A stretch of 63,205 nucleotides of DNA, filler included, from 8 parts of 8 records of this genome joined end to end with filler, not necessarily neighbours in it, one strand, 5' to 3'. Shown: positions 1-13,771, counted from the whole stretch's first letter. Translations and numbers: made by a program. Notes: a model not told the origin generated them from the letters alone.

Positions 1-257
1 GGGTGTCGTACTGGGCTTTAGAAGAAAGAGAAACAGATAAAATGTCATTAAATAAGACCTTCATTCGTCTATTCATCATATCATTGTAGACAATGCTCAT
101 ACTGTGATGAAAAGACAGAGGAACTCTTTGTAATTACAGGTGTCTGATCTTCTGAGCATCTCTGATAGAGACGATATACTATTAACTTTAAAGCATTATG
201 GTAAATTACTGCAAAGTCAGTACCAAAGATAATCTGATCAATAAGGGAGACATCATC

Positions 258-1136
258 ATGAAAATACGTGAGCTTATCAGCCAGCATTGCAGTAATATTG
301 AAAAAAAAGGAAACGGGATTACCATCTATACAATAGATGTTTCCGAACCTATAGAGACACCCGAAGTATTCAGCTATATGGATTTCCTGTCCGATGAACC
401 CTCCAGGAGGATATGGATAAGCGACCCTTACAGGATGATAGTGACAGAGATAGATGAGGAATTAACTGTTTACGAACATGTCAGGATGGCAAACTACAGG
501 ATACAATTGAATGATCTTCAGGAAAAGTATGAAGAGCAAACGAAGACAGACTGGGCAGACCGACCAGACCTTTCTGAACTTGCTGATGTGTTTGCATTCA
601 CCGTTGATGCACACAGGAACGGCATGAGGAAATCAGGTACCCCGTATATATCACATCCAATGGATGTAGCTTCCATCCTTCTCAAAGAGAATGCACCTCT
701 TGAACTTGTTATTGCAGGATTGCTCCACGACATTGTTGAGGATACTGACATTGATATTGAAACAATATCAAGGAAATATGGCCGGCAAGTTGCAGACTAC
801 GTGGACGCTGTTACCGAACCTGAAGAGCTAAGAAAGCCTGATACTGGCAATAAGGCACAGACCTGGAAAGAACGGAAGGAACACACCATCAGAAAAATGG
901 AGAGAGCTAGCAGTGAGATAAAGCTCCTTTCATGTGCAGACAAGCTTGCCAATATCAGGGATCTTATCAGCGAACTGAGGATGGAAGGAGAAGGTTTCTG
1001 GGACAGATTCAATGCACCTAAAGAAGAACAGGTGTGGTACTACCGCTCAATGCTGGATGCTTTCGCTACCGGATCACAGAGTATTTCAGAGACAAGTGCA
1101 TTCCGCGATCTTAAGGAATGTGTGGAAAAACTGTAG
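258..1136 (+). CDS. HD-domain protein of the RelA/SpoT hydrolase type (small alarmone hydrolase/Mesh1-like), with an extra ~100-aa N-terminal domain
   Basis: Motifs AH..RKSGTPYISHP, LLHDIVEDT and ADKLANIRD. ATG at 258 follows AAGGGAGA. Confidence 0.85.
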   Translation: MKIRELISQHCSNIEKKGNGITIYTIDVSEPIETPEVFSYMDFLSDEPSRRIWISDPYRMIVTEIDEELTVYEHVRMANYRIQLNDLQEKYEEQTKTDWADRPDLSELADVFAFTVDAHRNGMRKSGTPYISHPMDVASILLKENAPLELVIAGLLHDIVEDTDIDIETISRKYGRQVADYVDAVTEPEELRKPDTGNKAQTWKERKEHTIRKMERASSEIKLLSCADKLANIRDLISELRMEGEGFWDRFNAPKEEQVWYYRSMLDAFATGSQSISETSAFRDLKECVEKL

Positions 1137-1441
1137 TTAAGCATTGCCTGTAAAGATCCCTGAAGAGAGAACTGCGATCAGAGCGAGAATGAGAAACTGT
1201 AGGTCGCTTAAAGAAACTAATCTTCCGATCAGGAGTACAAAGGACGTGACAGATAGAACCACTATGAAGAATGGATCCTCTAAGTCCTCTTGATCACATC
1301 ATTTGTTCCTCCATAACAAAACCCACACGGCCTTCAAGCCTCTTTCAGACACAATCTATTTTAAATTCCAACGACCACAGTTAGTGTATAACATTATAAT
1401 GCACGAACAGGCATATTGACAATGGAAGTTGTGAAAAGACC

Positions 1442-3451
<2,010 letters not shown>

Positions 3452-3478
3452 GAGAACTCAGACCCGTGGCAGAAAAAA

Positions 3479-3829
3479 TCACATAATATAGATACGGTCC
3501 AATTGGGAAGTGAGCAAGATGAAACTCGATCGAATACCAATTGTGCATTTATTGGTTTGATTTATAAGAGCGTTATCGTTTGTTTCATAAGATATTGTTG
3601 TAAACGAAACAAAAAATATTAGTAATGCAACTATAAGAACTCCAGAGAAAATAAACGGATACATAATCTGATAATAAGCTGTATCAAAAACATTTACTGA
3701 AATATAGTATATTATGGCATACAAAACTGCCATAATAAAAGCAATTGCTGCCAACGCAAAATTATAAGATGGTTTTTCCTCGGTTATTTCATCATCCTCA
3801 TTCATTAACCTACCATAGCAGTACAACAT
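3479..3829 (-). CDS. Hypothetical membrane protein
   Basis: 116-aa ORF with two hydrophobic segments. No family recognised. Confidence 0.4.
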   Translation of the reverse strand: MLYCYGRLMNEDDEITEEKPSYNFALAAIAFIMAVLYAIIYYISVNVFDTAYYQIMYPFIFSGVLIVALLIFFVSFTTISYETNDNALINQTNKCTIGIRSSFILLTSQLDRIYIM

Positions 3830-3989
3830 TTGAATTTTTTAAGTAGTTAATAGATTTTATACTTTAAGTTGTTGGACATATGTAGTTGTTTGCCCTGCTA
3901 TCCGTAAAGCATCAGCTTATCGAAAGGACCACAAGATATAATGTTGCAAAGAACATTAACCATATTATTAAATATGGAGTGAATTTATC

Positions 3990-4412
3990 ATGGAATCTCG
4001 TAAAATACTCATTGCAGCATCACTGGTCATTGTTCTTTTGTCCAGTATCTTTTTTATATACATGTCTCCGCCATATTCAGGACAGATTGGCCCATTATAC
4101 TCGGTTCACAACGATGATGCCAATGAGCATACTGTAACGGTTGAGGTTTTAAATTCACGTAACAAGTCCATAATTGAGGAAATATACACTCTAAAATACA
4201 TGGAATATGCACGGGAAGAACGACCATTCTTGTCAAGTCTGCCACTATCTAGCAATGAATTCACCTTCAACGTCACCATTGATGGTGAAAATATGGGCTT
4301 GTATCCCATCGAAGTCCCCCTTACGAATACAATGGTTGTAGTAGCTCTGTATGATGAAGATTCAACAGGAAATGAAACACCGGTCTCGGTTTTCTTGGTT
4401 ATAGAGGACTGA
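3990..4412 (+). CDS. Hypothetical membrane-anchored or secreted protein
   Basis: GGAGTG RBS, N-terminal hydrophobic helix, beta-rich remainder. Confidence 0.7.
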   Translation: MESRKILIAASLVIVLLSSIFFIYMSPPYSGQIGPLYSVHNDDANEHTVTVEVLNSRNKSIIEEIYTLKYMEYAREERPFLSSLPLSSNEFTFNVTIDGENMGLYPIEVPLTNTMVVVALYDEDSTGNETPVSVFLVIED

Positions 4413-5403
4413 GGTTCAGATACCTGTTCAGGCAGAGTGAGGGAGACGTTGAACACAGGTGAGAGAATATATCATTTCTCACTCATTATTTTGAGTGTCA
4501 GATGAATTGGGTTAAAACGAAATTACTATGAAAATTCAGACACGCGGACTAACTATTTCCAGAGAAATATATTAACGATGCGAATCATCTGCTATATAAG
4601 TGTTACTCTCAAAAATTGCGCTATGGCCAAGCTTTGACCCTGAATTGCTGTTTTTTTGTCCATTGTAACGTGACTTGTGCACAAAGCATAGAAATGTATG
4701 TAGAAGAATAGGAAAATCTATAGTTTATAGATATTACATGCGTTTACCTTATAAAGGAAGAAGTAAAAGCAGTAATTGTTGGATAGGGTGACTTTCTAAT
4801 AAGTCCAAAAAATGAAAAGACACTAAGTCTGGAAAAATGGAGAGAAAAATATGGAGTGGAAATTGTCAAGAAGAACGCAACAGCGTTTTAGACATTTCAG
4901 AGTTTGGAAAGAATTCGAACAAGCAGAAGAAAGACATGATAACTACATGCATTTCACGTCGAAAAGGGTGACACATTCTGTTGGATTCTTAAAACCTTCT
5001 ATGGGCATTTGTTGATCCTGGAAGGAAGGAGTGGAGATCTTTACTTACCCATAAAAGGTGAGGAAAGATCATCCTTAAACCCGCTTTTTTTCTTATAGAC
5101 CTGCGACGCTTACGTGAAACTATGATTTTCCTGCTTTTCATGAATAACATAGAATTTTTTTACTCAAATAATAGGTAACTTATAGCCTAATAACTCCCAT
5201 ACTTATATGTAGCAGGATTTTTGTTCAAGACAAGAGCACAAACAAACCAATTTGAGATTATAATTTCTTGAAAATCCGATGAAACACTAATTTTGCTGTG
5301 TACATTAAAGAAAATCGGAGATTGTTTTAAAATCGCATTCTTTATCTAATTGAATCACCCAATAAAAAGGGACAGCTTATTCAAAATAATGGGAAGTATC
5401 TCT

Positions 5404-6228
5404 ATGGCTAAAATATCGATCAATCCTGAATCCTGTACACGCTGCGGAATATGCGTGAAGATATGCCCGGTTGGAATTATTATTCCCGGAGCTGATAGCA
5501 ATGTACCATTCATTCCTGCGGAGGCTGAGGCTTTCTGTTCAGAGTGTGGTGGCTGCGAGGCATACTGCCCCGTTAAATGCATCTCCCCTGTCTTTGAAAC
5601 GAGTCACTATGAACCTGAAGAAGCCGGTACTGCAGGCATCACACCTGAACAACTTGGTACTTACATGGTCAGCCGTCGTTCCATTCGCAACTATCTGGGC
5701 AAACCTGTTGACAAGGCAAAAATTGAGGACATGCTGGAAATAGTCCGCTATTCCCCGTCAGGAATGAACGGACAGCCTGTGAACTGGACAATCGTCCATG
5801 ATGCTGAAAGAGTACAAAAGCTCACATCCCTTACAATCGAATGGATGCGTAGCCTACTGGAAAGCGAGGTAGACCACCCAATAAAACCATTCTTGCCAGC
5901 ACTCATTGGCAGCTTTGAAGCAGGCAATGACCCGATATGCCGTGGTGCTCCGCATCTGGCGATAGCCCATGCTCCTGCCGAGAATCCAATGGCTTTCACA
6001 GATTCCATTATCGCCCTGACATGGTTCGAACTCACTGCTCCGGCTTTTGGTATTGGTGCCTGCTGGGCAGGTTTCCTGAAAATCGCGGCAGACTCATACG
6101 AGCCTATAAAGGAAGAACTTGGTTTGCCTGAAGGTCATGCAGTACAGTATGCAATGATGTTCGGCTATCCAAAGTACAAAGCAACAAGAGTTCCGGGAAG
6201 GAATCCTGCGAATATTAACTGGAGATGA
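5404..6228 (+). CDS. Nitroreductase family protein with N-terminal 2x[4Fe-4S] ferredoxin domain
   Basis: CTRCGICVKICP and CSECGGCEAYCP, SRRSIRNY, SPSGMNGQP, GIGACW. Confidence 0.92.
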   Translation: MAKISINPESCTRCGICVKICPVGIIIPGADSNVPFIPAEAEAFCSECGGCEAYCPVKCISPVFETSHYEPEEAGTAGITPEQLGTYMVSRRSIRNYLGKPVDKAKIEDMLEIVRYSPSGMNGQPVNWTIVHDAERVQKLTSLTIEWMRSLLESEVDHPIKPFLPALIGSFEAGNDPICRGAPHLAIAHAPAENPMAFTDSIIALTWFELTAPAFGIGACWAGFLKIAADSYEPIKEELGLPEGHAVQYAMMFGYPKYKATRVPGRNPANINWR

Positions 6229-6382
6229 TTATTCTGGGAGGAAGGTGCAGGCATAAGGGGCTGTATTTTCCTCTTTTATTCTCAACAATCCAGGCTAAAT
6301 GAATCAAAATAGAATAATTTATTAGAGACTTCGCTTGGTTACAGATGGAGTCTTTGAGCAAAGATCCTTTTAGATTTAAGAG

Positions 6383-7276
6383 CTACTTCTTATTTTTTTG
6401 GGTGCCCCTGAGTTTATTCATGAACATTACTTTGTATTCATTCAGTCGGGTTTCCCAATAGTACCTTCTAATATCCTCATCATCTATTTTTTTCTCTCGT
6501 TTTATCCAGGACGATAAATAACCATATGAATAAGGGATAAACAGATAATGAGGTTTTTTCAGGATTAAGTGCATTGCATTTAGAGCAAACAATAGAGGAT
6601 GTTTGTTTAGATAATATGTCATGAATCCATTTGCTTTGAATCCCTTCCATAGACCTTCAGCACTACTGGTCAATCTTGTCTGAGAAAGAACAACATTTTT
6701 GTACTGTTTTGTTTCCCATCCTTTTATCAAAGCCTTGACAGTTGATACTGAATCTGATGAAGGTTCGCCGGTGTATCCTCCGGTCTCAAAATAACATTTT
6801 TTCTTCCATATCCTTCCGGAACCCGAAGGCAAATTTTCATTTGATTTGCGCCATTCAAGCTTGCCATTTATTTTTTCGTAGATTCCACCACTGACAATTC
6901 CAAGTTTAGGATTTGCTTTCAGTTCAGTGATTAGTTTTTCGAAGTATTCCTGTTCAAGTACAGAATCTGCATCTAATGACGCAATATATTCATATTGAAC
7001 ATTTTCTTCATCGGAAAGCCTGATTATGTTATCAAAGCCCTCTTTGTAGACATGAGCTACGTGAAAAGTAATATCCCTGGGTCTTGGAGGAAGTTTAATG
7101 CTCCTAATCCAACTATAGTCCTGTTTAAGACCTTCGATTATTTCTGGAGTACTATCTGTGCTACCATCATCTACAATAAGCCAGATTAGTGGTTTCATTG
7201 TTTGATTTATAACAGAATCTGCAACAGACGGGAGGTCGACTTCCTCGTTTTTTGCAGGGGTTATTAAGACATACAT
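6383..7276 (-). CDS. Glycosyltransferase family 2
   Basis: ITPAKNEE, VDDGSTD and DxD (LDAD) motifs. Confidence 0.9.
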   Translation of the reverse strand: MYVLITPAKNEEVDLPSVADSVINQTMKPLIWLIVDDGSTDSTPEIIEGLKQDYSWIRSIKLPPRPRDITFHVAHVYKEGFDNIIRLSDEENVQYEYIASLDADSVLEQEYFEKLITELKANPKLGIVSGGIYEKINGKLEWRKSNENLPSGSGRIWKKKCYFETGGYTGEPSSDSVSTVKALIKGWETKQYKNVVLSQTRLTSSAEGLWKGFKANGFMTYYLNKHPLLFALNAMHLILKKPHYLFIPYSYGYLSSWIKREKKIDDEDIRRYYWETRLNEYKVMFMNKLRGTQKNKK

Positions 7277-7600
7277 AATTACACTTTTCGTTTTAATCCT
7301 TACAGTATTATATAACTTATTTCCTGTATTGCCGTACAAGCATTTAAGCTTGCTTATCTTTCTTACAAAGACTTTAAGGTTTTGTAGACTAGCTGCTTAA
7401 AATAGAATTCAGAAAGAAGTAATCTGCACTAAGCAGTTACTAATAATATGCAAATCATCCCTATAAAATATTAATACATGAAGCTACAGAAATTCCTGCA
7501 AAATCATAAAACCACTAGGTATATATAAACAGGAAATATATTTCGTATAGTTTACCAGTAGTGTTACGTTCATGAATTAATAAAAACGAGTGATACTTAA

Positions 7601-8560
7601 ATGCCGCAAATATCAGTAGTTATTCCGCTATACAACAAAGAAAGTAGTATAGAGAGAACTATAAACTCTGTTTTAAATCAAACATATCAGGATTTTGAAC
7701 TAATAATTGTAGACGATGGATCCAGAGATAGAAGTACTGAGATCGTAGGGAGTTTTACTGATAAAAGAATTAGATTGATTCAACAGGAAAATGCAGGTGT
7801 TTCGGCAGCACGCAACACAGGAATCGAAGCAGCGAGTGCTGAACTAGTTGCATTTCTGGATGCAGATGACGAATGGCTTCCTGAATTTTTGGAAACGATC
7901 ATCCGCCTTAGGGCACAATACCCTGATGCCGGCATTTACGGCACAGCGTTTAAAGTAAACTACCCGGGTTCAAGCATACCGAAAACTTATATTGCAGAGG
8001 AAGGAGAACGAATTTTACCTTCGAATTTTGGCGCATTTGTAGATTTTGGAGGACCTATTTTTAATTCTTCATCTTTTGCAGCTCCAAAAAAGGTTTTAGA
8101 AGAGATAGGAGCTTACCCTTTGGGAGTCAAATGGAGCGAAGATTCGCTGGTCTGGGGTAAAATAGCACTTCAACATCAAATTGCATACAGCCCTGAAGTT
8201 TGTTCTATTTATCATCAATACTCAGAGAATAACTCAACAGGCATCCCGGAATATCTGGAAAATCCATTTCTTAAACATGTATCTACTATAGAAAAAGATG
8301 AACTTCTAAAGCATAGTAATGAACAGGATTTCATGATGTACTGTGATCTATGCCGCACATCAACTATACGACGGAATATCTATTCAGGTTACTGTGGAGA
8401 AGCGAGACGGGAATTGTCACTTGTCACATCAACTCCATATCTCAAGAAAAAGCAGAAACTTCTGCTGATGTCATATGTCCCCCGCTTCATGATGAAAAAC
8501 ATACTAAAGCATGCAAAAACCATATCATATTTGAAGTGGAAAATAAAGGGAAGAAGCTGA
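7601..8560 (+). CDS. Glycosyltransferase family 2
   Basis: SVVIPLYN, VDDGSRD, NAGVSAARNTG, FLDADD. Confidence 0.92.
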   Translation: MPQISVVIPLYNKESSIERTINSVLNQTYQDFELIIVDDGSRDRSTEIVGSFTDKRIRLIQQENAGVSAARNTGIEAASAELVAFLDADDEWLPEFLETIIRLRAQYPDAGIYGTAFKVNYPGSSIPKTYIAEEGERILPSNFGAFVDFGGPIFNSSSFAAPKKVLEEIGAYPLGVKWSEDSLVWGKIALQHQIAYSPEVCSIYHQYSENNSTGIPEYLENPFLKHVSTIEKDELLKHSNEQDFMMYCDLCRTSTIRRNIYSGYCGEARRELSLVTSTPYLKKKQKLLLMSYVPRFMMKNILKHAKTISYLKWKIKGRS

Positions 8561-8595
8561 TATTTTAGTGTTCAAGTAATGGATCTTACGCTTTA

Positions 8596-8958
8596 TTGGG
8601 AATACAGACTAGCTGCATAAGTCTCATATTGATTGCATCCACAGGCGACGAGCAGGTAGCAAAGACACATCAGCATATTCTGGGACTCATGAATACAAAG
8701 GTCAACAAGAATGAATTCGGAAGACAGCGCGATTCTTTTGAGATCGGACTTGAACTGCCATTTCTTGATGAGCTATACAATGCGGTGTTCATCAGAGCAC
8801 CCGGCATTATTAAGACTGGGGATGATGTGATGGTCTTTGCAAAAATTGATGGTATGATAGTGGCTGCCGAATAGGTAAATGTTCTGGCACTGGCATTCCA
8901 TCCTGAGCTTACATTTGATACGAGGGTTCACCAGTATTTTTTGGATAAGCTGCTTTGA
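8596..8958 (+). pseudogene. pdxT: PLP synthase glutaminase subunit PdxT: N-terminally truncated, with in-frame TAG at 8872-8874
   Basis: FGRQRDSFE and FIRAP motifs. The same frame continues after the TAG as VNVLALAFHPEL...HQYFLDKLL-stop(8958). The GTCAG nucleophile motif has degenerated to TSCIS. Confidence 0.8.
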
Positions 8959-9144
8959 GATTTTTTGTTTAAAGATTTCCTATTATTTGAAAAACAAAGC
9001 TGAGTGTTAATATTTGGCTTCAATTGGGTGCCAAGAAGCTTTGCGGAAACTCTGACCAGAACAGTTTAATAGAATTTTGTCCTAGTAACCTATATCATAC
9101 GAAAAAAATAGGAATTTGCTGTAATTTTTGATATATAGTTAAAG

Positions 9145-9387
9145 GTGGAAAACTCCAGAATGAGGATTAGCATCAAGGATGTTTTTGAGATGAAAAAATC
9201 AAGTTACTTACTATTATATTCTCTCTGTTTTGCACTTTTTTTTGTTCCGTTCATACTAAGTGCAATTGAATTGTCCATCAGTATAGTAGCAGCAGTTACC
9301 ATAACATCAATGATTGCATCTTTAATCCCTTTTTTAATTATAATTTTGATTATACGAATAATAAACAGTGACATTAAAGAATCCTGA
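9145..9387 (+). CDS. Small hypothetical membrane protein
   Basis: Two hydrophobic stretches. Start codon uncertain (9145, 9160 or 9190). Confidence 0.4.
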   Translation: MENSRMRISIKDVFEMKKSSYLLLYSLCFALFFVPFILSAIELSISIVAAVTITSMIASLIPFLIIILIIRIINSDIKES

Positions 9388-9601
9388 ATTAAGAAGCACA
9401 TATATTTCTGAAAAATGCAGGTGAAGTCATTCTAATCATAAAACTCCACAGAAAAGAGGAGAAAAATTTGCTTATAACGATTGTTGGAATTGCTGTTCAA
9501 TCCCTATAAATACCTATTTTTTAAGGCCCCCACCTGATGAAAAGCTTTAAACTCCATTGGCTCCGATTATCTTTACTTTTAATTATTATGAGGTGACATC
9601 A

Positions 9602-10009
9602 ATGGTTAAATTATCAAATGAGATGAAAGAAGAATTTGCAAAGATGAAGATATTCCCGTTCGCAACAGCATCAAAGGATGGAGTTCCAAACGTTATCCCT
9701 ATTGGCATGTGCATGCTTCAGGAAGACTCAGAGACCGTCTGGATCGTGGACAATTATTTCCTCAAGACAAAAGAGAACATCCTGGCAAATCCAAAAGGTG
9801 CTATCTATGTGTGGGGACCGGAGATCAAAGGATGCTTCCAGATAAAAGGTGACATAGAAGTCGTCGACAGCGGAGAGGAATATGAAGCAATGCGCAAGAT
9901 CGTAAAAGAAATAGGCGAACGTTTCCCTGCAAAGTTGCTCATGAAAATGACAATTACTGAAGTCTTCGAATGCAAGAGCGGTGAAGACGCAGGAAAGAAG
10001 TTACTTTAA
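9602..10009 (+). CDS. Pyridoxamine 5'-phosphate oxidase-like FMN-binding protein
   Basis: ATASKDGVPNV, KTKENILANP and FQIKG motifs. GAGGTGA RBS. T-tract after the stop. Confidence 0.88.
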   Translation: MVKLSNEMKEEFAKMKIFPFATASKDGVPNVIPIGMCMLQEDSETVWIVDNYFLKTKENILANPKGAIYVWGPEIKGCFQIKGDIEVVDSGEEYEAMRKIVKEIGERFPAKLLMKMTITEVFECKSGEDAGKKLL

Positions 10010-10267
10010 TATTTTTATTTCCTCTTTTTCTTTTTATGACTCCATAGAAATCCTTGCTTGAATGACTCATATAATCCTAATGTGCCTGCTATGATTGTTG
10101 ACTGTCAATTCTATGGGAAATATCGTGGTTTATCGCAGTTTTTAACTTACCGGTATGCAGAAAAAGAGCTGAGGATAATGTACTTTTTTATTCATCTTTT
10201 CAAATCGTGCCAGCTTCGCCGGAACCCTTCGGGATGGTTTAAGCTAGCCATGTCTCCGATTAGTCAA

Positions 10268-10367
10268 NNNNNNNNNNNNNNNNNNNNNNNNNNNNNNNNN
10301 NNNNNNNNNNNTTAATTAATTAANNNNNNNNNNNNNNNNNNNNNNNNNNNNNNNNNNNNNNNNNNNN
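10268..10367. other. Artificial contig spacer (N44-TTAATTAATTAA-N44). Also at 19000-19099, 30778-30877, 37737-37836, 43425-43524, 50056-50155 and 56558-56657
   Basis: Identical 100-bp structure each time. Composition and gene content change across most spacers, and genes are cut at them. Confidence 0.98.
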
Positions 10368-11425
10368 ATGGATCTATTTCTGGATGATAAGATGTCGGAA
10401 TATAACATACCGGGAGCGGTAATCGGAATATTTGTGCCGGGGCGGGGAGCCTGGTTGAAAGCCAAAGGAAAGGCGGATATTGAAGCAAATAAAGATATGA
10501 ACCTTACTCACACCCTTAGAATAGGAAGTATCAGCAAGACCTTTAATGCCACCATTATCCTGCAACTGGTTGATGAGGGATTGCTCAATCTTGAGGATAC
10601 ATTAAACAGATTTGTCCCATGGGTTCCCAATTCGGAAAATATTATAATCCGTCAGCTCTGCAATAATACGAGCGGCATTTTCAATTACAGTGAAGATCAT
10701 GATTTGAATATGTCAACAGTGATTTCCTTGCACACTATACACCTGAAGAGTTGGTCCGTGTTGCCATAGGTCACGAACCCTATTTTCCTCCGGGAAAAGG
10801 CTTTCATTATTCAAATACAAATTTTGTACTACTCGCTATGATCATAGAGATGGTCACCGGCAACACCTTTAAAAAAGCGTTGGAAAAAAGGATATTTAAG
10901 ACCCTGAACCTAAAGAACACAACCTTCCCTGTTGATCAGAGCATCCACATGACAGGCAACTATAGTCATGGGTATCTTGAAGTTGACGGTGTACTAAAAG
11001 ACTATGTCGTAAGTGACCATTCTATTCAGTGGGGAGCGGGAGGTATTATTTCTGACCTCTCAGATCTGGAATTGTGGGCGGAAGTTTTGGGAGAAGGACT
11101 TCTTATAAGTAAAGAAATGCAGGATGAACGACTCAAATGGAGCCCCCATTCGGAAAGCGGTATCTTCAAATATGGAATGGGGGTTTTTTACTTGGGAGAC
11201 TTCGTAGGACATGATGGAGGCTGTATCGGATTTAATACGGCGCTGTTCTATCTTCCTTCTAAGAAAGCCACTTTCATTATTCTGCTGAATCAGAGCAATG
11301 ATTATTCTGGCGCAATCAATATCTTTTTAGGTTTTGCAAACAAGGTTTTTCCGGGGATATTTCAAATGGAAGACCGTGAAAACATACCTACAACTGAGCA
11401 TCTCCCTCTTGAGATATCAAGATAA
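10368..11425 (+). pseudogene. Serine hydrolase/beta-lactamase (AmpC/DD-peptidase-like), frameshifted and 5'-partial
   Basis: SxxK (RIGSISKT) in ORF 10368-10769. YxN (YSNTNF) and GHDGG lie in a different frame (10751-11425). Confidence 0.8.
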
Positions 11426-11970
11426 TTGGTTTTGGATTTTTCGTAACAGTCCTCTTGAGAATCTCATCCGCACAATATTGGGGACGATCAACTTATCGAA
11501 AATGCGCTCTGTATGAATCGTACATAGGCATGATTGAGAATATTGAAATGGACCGCATCATAAATGACAATGACCGGGCTTTTGTGCAGACCGTAATGGA
11601 TCTAATGGATATTACTTTGGTTTATTTCCTTTGGAAGGCTGTGAGCAGTTACATCAACGTTAGGCTGACGATAATTTTAGAACTTGTTTGAAAACTATCT
11701 CGTCATAGCCTTAATTACCGCCTATGAAAACCCAGGGAGCATTAAACAAAGATGATATGCTTTCTGATTTCAGATTTTCCGGCTTAATAGGTGCGCATGA
11801 CACGTTCACCACATGCAGACCCACCCTGGACTCACACTTTGCTGCTGTGGTGCATTGTCTCGACCAAAATATCCTTTAGTCATATTTTTTTGACACCCAA
11901 TGCTGTTTTCACTATATTTTATCCTTAAAGAACCGACTTCTTATCAGCCATCATGAGATTGGAGGGGTAA

Positions 11971-13279
11971 ATGGACATTACCAGAAGGGAAGCGCTACGC
12001 AGGGGTTTTGATCGGCGGGACCGCTCTGGCAACGGGTCTGGGATTAAGCGGGTGCGGTGACAGCAGCAGTTCTGCACAGAGTGAAAACGATTTAATCGTT
12101 TTGAACGCTAAGATCTTTACCTCGAACACAAATCAACCCACCGGCGTATTTATGAATTTTGTATCCTTCAATTTTTTGGATTTTTTCACCGAGGAAGAAC
12201 TTACCGCGGATATCTATGCCGGCATGGCCGCCGGCGCCAATCAGATATTGGCCGAGGGTATAGTATATCCCGTGGTGTCACCACGTACAATGATATCCAG
12301 TTATATAAAACGTTCCTGCCCTTTTTAATCCAATACTCGGAAGAGGGGCTTTTCAAAAATCTACGGCTGCGAGGGTCCTACTATGTCAGCCAGGTATCCC
12401 TGAAGGATGAGGCCCAGTTGAAGCAGGATTTGACAGAATGGATCTCATATTCGGTATACAACTCCGAACAGCTGAAACTGGGGGATTCGGCAAAGCTCTA
12501 CATCGACGGCGTGGGGGGATCTCACACCGCCTTTCTCCTGGAACCGTACGCGGACAAACCGGATGAATACGGGACACCCTTCTGGACCCAGGAAAACTTC
12601 AACAAGGTGTGCCGACTCATAGACGGGATGGGGCTTCAGCTGTGCACCCATGCCAACGGCGGGGCGGGCCAGCGGCGGATCATCAACAGTTATGAACACG
12701 TGAGTTATCAAAACAGTGCCTGGGATGCTAGGCACCGCATTGAGCACTGCGAACTGCCCCATCCGGATGACTGGGCTCGCATGGGGGATTTGGGTATCCA
12801 CGGCGCCGTGCAGCCTAGCCACGTCTTTGACGTGAGCCAGAAATATGTGGATCTGTACGGTATTGAGCGCGTCCAGCGCTTCATGCCCTGGAAAAGCATG
12901 GTGGACAACGGGGTGCCGCTCAGTTTCGGCAGCGACTGGTCGGCCGCGCCGGTCAATCCCCTGCCCGGATTGTTCATGGCCAAATACCGCCTCACCCTGA
13001 TGGGTAAGCCATGGGGGACCAACGGACAGCCTCGACATGGACCAGGCTGTTCGGGCCTATACGCTGGGTTCAGCCATTGATCTGAAAATGGAGGCGGAGA
13101 TCGGCTCCCTGGAGATCGGAAAATGTGCCGACTTCGTCATTCTTAAGGAAGACATCTTTGCCGATAACTGGCCCACATGGTTCGATCCCACAACCTTTGA
13201 TCCCTTTACCGATTTTAATGACAAGATATTCTTGACCGTATTCAATGGAGAAGCGGTTTTTGAAGAGGAAACCACATGA
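11971..13279 (+). pseudogene. Tat-exported amidohydrolase (YtcJ/amidohydrolase_3 family), fragmented
   Basis: MDITRREAL Tat motif and LSGC lipobox. KLYIDG, HANG, RHRIEHCE, FGSDW and GSLEIGKCADFVIL are spread over several frames, with an apparent internal deletion. Confidence 0.8.
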
Positions 13280-13292
13280 TATGCAGGACGCC

Positions 13293-13420
13293 ATGGTCGA
13301 CACCCACCCCACATCCGCCATGCTGAGTTTGATGCGAATCGGGGACAGGTGCTCAAAAAGGCGCTGGCGGCAGGGGTTCCGGTCATGGTGACAGTGTGCC
13401 TCTACAACGAGAGGGTGTGT
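13293..13420 (+). pseudogene. TatD-family hydrolase N-terminal remnant
   Basis: With one frameshift it reads MVDTHP(H)IRHAEFDANRGQVLKKALAAGVPVMVTV, resembling the DTHxH...FD.DR..V...A..AGV start of TatD. Confidence 0.55.
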
Positions 13421-13439
13421 CGTGATAACGGCCAAATAG

Positions 13440-13732
13440 GTGCTTGCCCGTCTTCGCCATTCTTCATTCAGAAACCGTTTCGAACTCGGCGTGCCTGAGA
13501 TAGAATGCATTCCGAAACGGGGCCTGGATCGGACTCGAGCCCACGCCCAGACCTTCATCACCAAGAGACTGGCGACCGCTCGTTCCCTCAGAGATGGAAA
13601 CCAGACGCACATGAAGCGGCATCCGGTCTTCATCGTACAGCATGCCACAGCACTTGTCGCAGGAAATGTCTGTCCAAATGGTGCGGATTTCCGGTAAAAG
13701 AGCAAAACACCGCCAATCCAAAAATATTGTGA
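13440..13732 (+). pseudogene. DUF4186 family protein, frameshifted
   Basis: FRNRFEL...FITKRLA...DGNQT...HPVFIVQHATA, then TCRRKCLSKW in another frame. Confidence 0.7.
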
Positions 13733-13771
13733 TCAGCCTTACTTTTATATGGAAAATACGGAGAAACATTG

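Noticed and set aside
4413-5349. ~900-bp gap with purine-rich, ORF-like fragments
   Set aside because: Multiple stops and no recognisable family, RNA structure or repeat. At most an unidentifiable remnant.
10268-10367. Recurring TTAATTAATTAA palindrome inside N runs (7 copies)
   Set aside because: Artificial linker with stop codons in all frames. Cross-spacer gene neighbourhoods and ORFs containing X runs are artefacts.
11676-11700. TAGAACTTGTTTGAAAACT resembling an IS terminal repeat
   Set aside because: No partner inverted repeat or transposase found on the contig.
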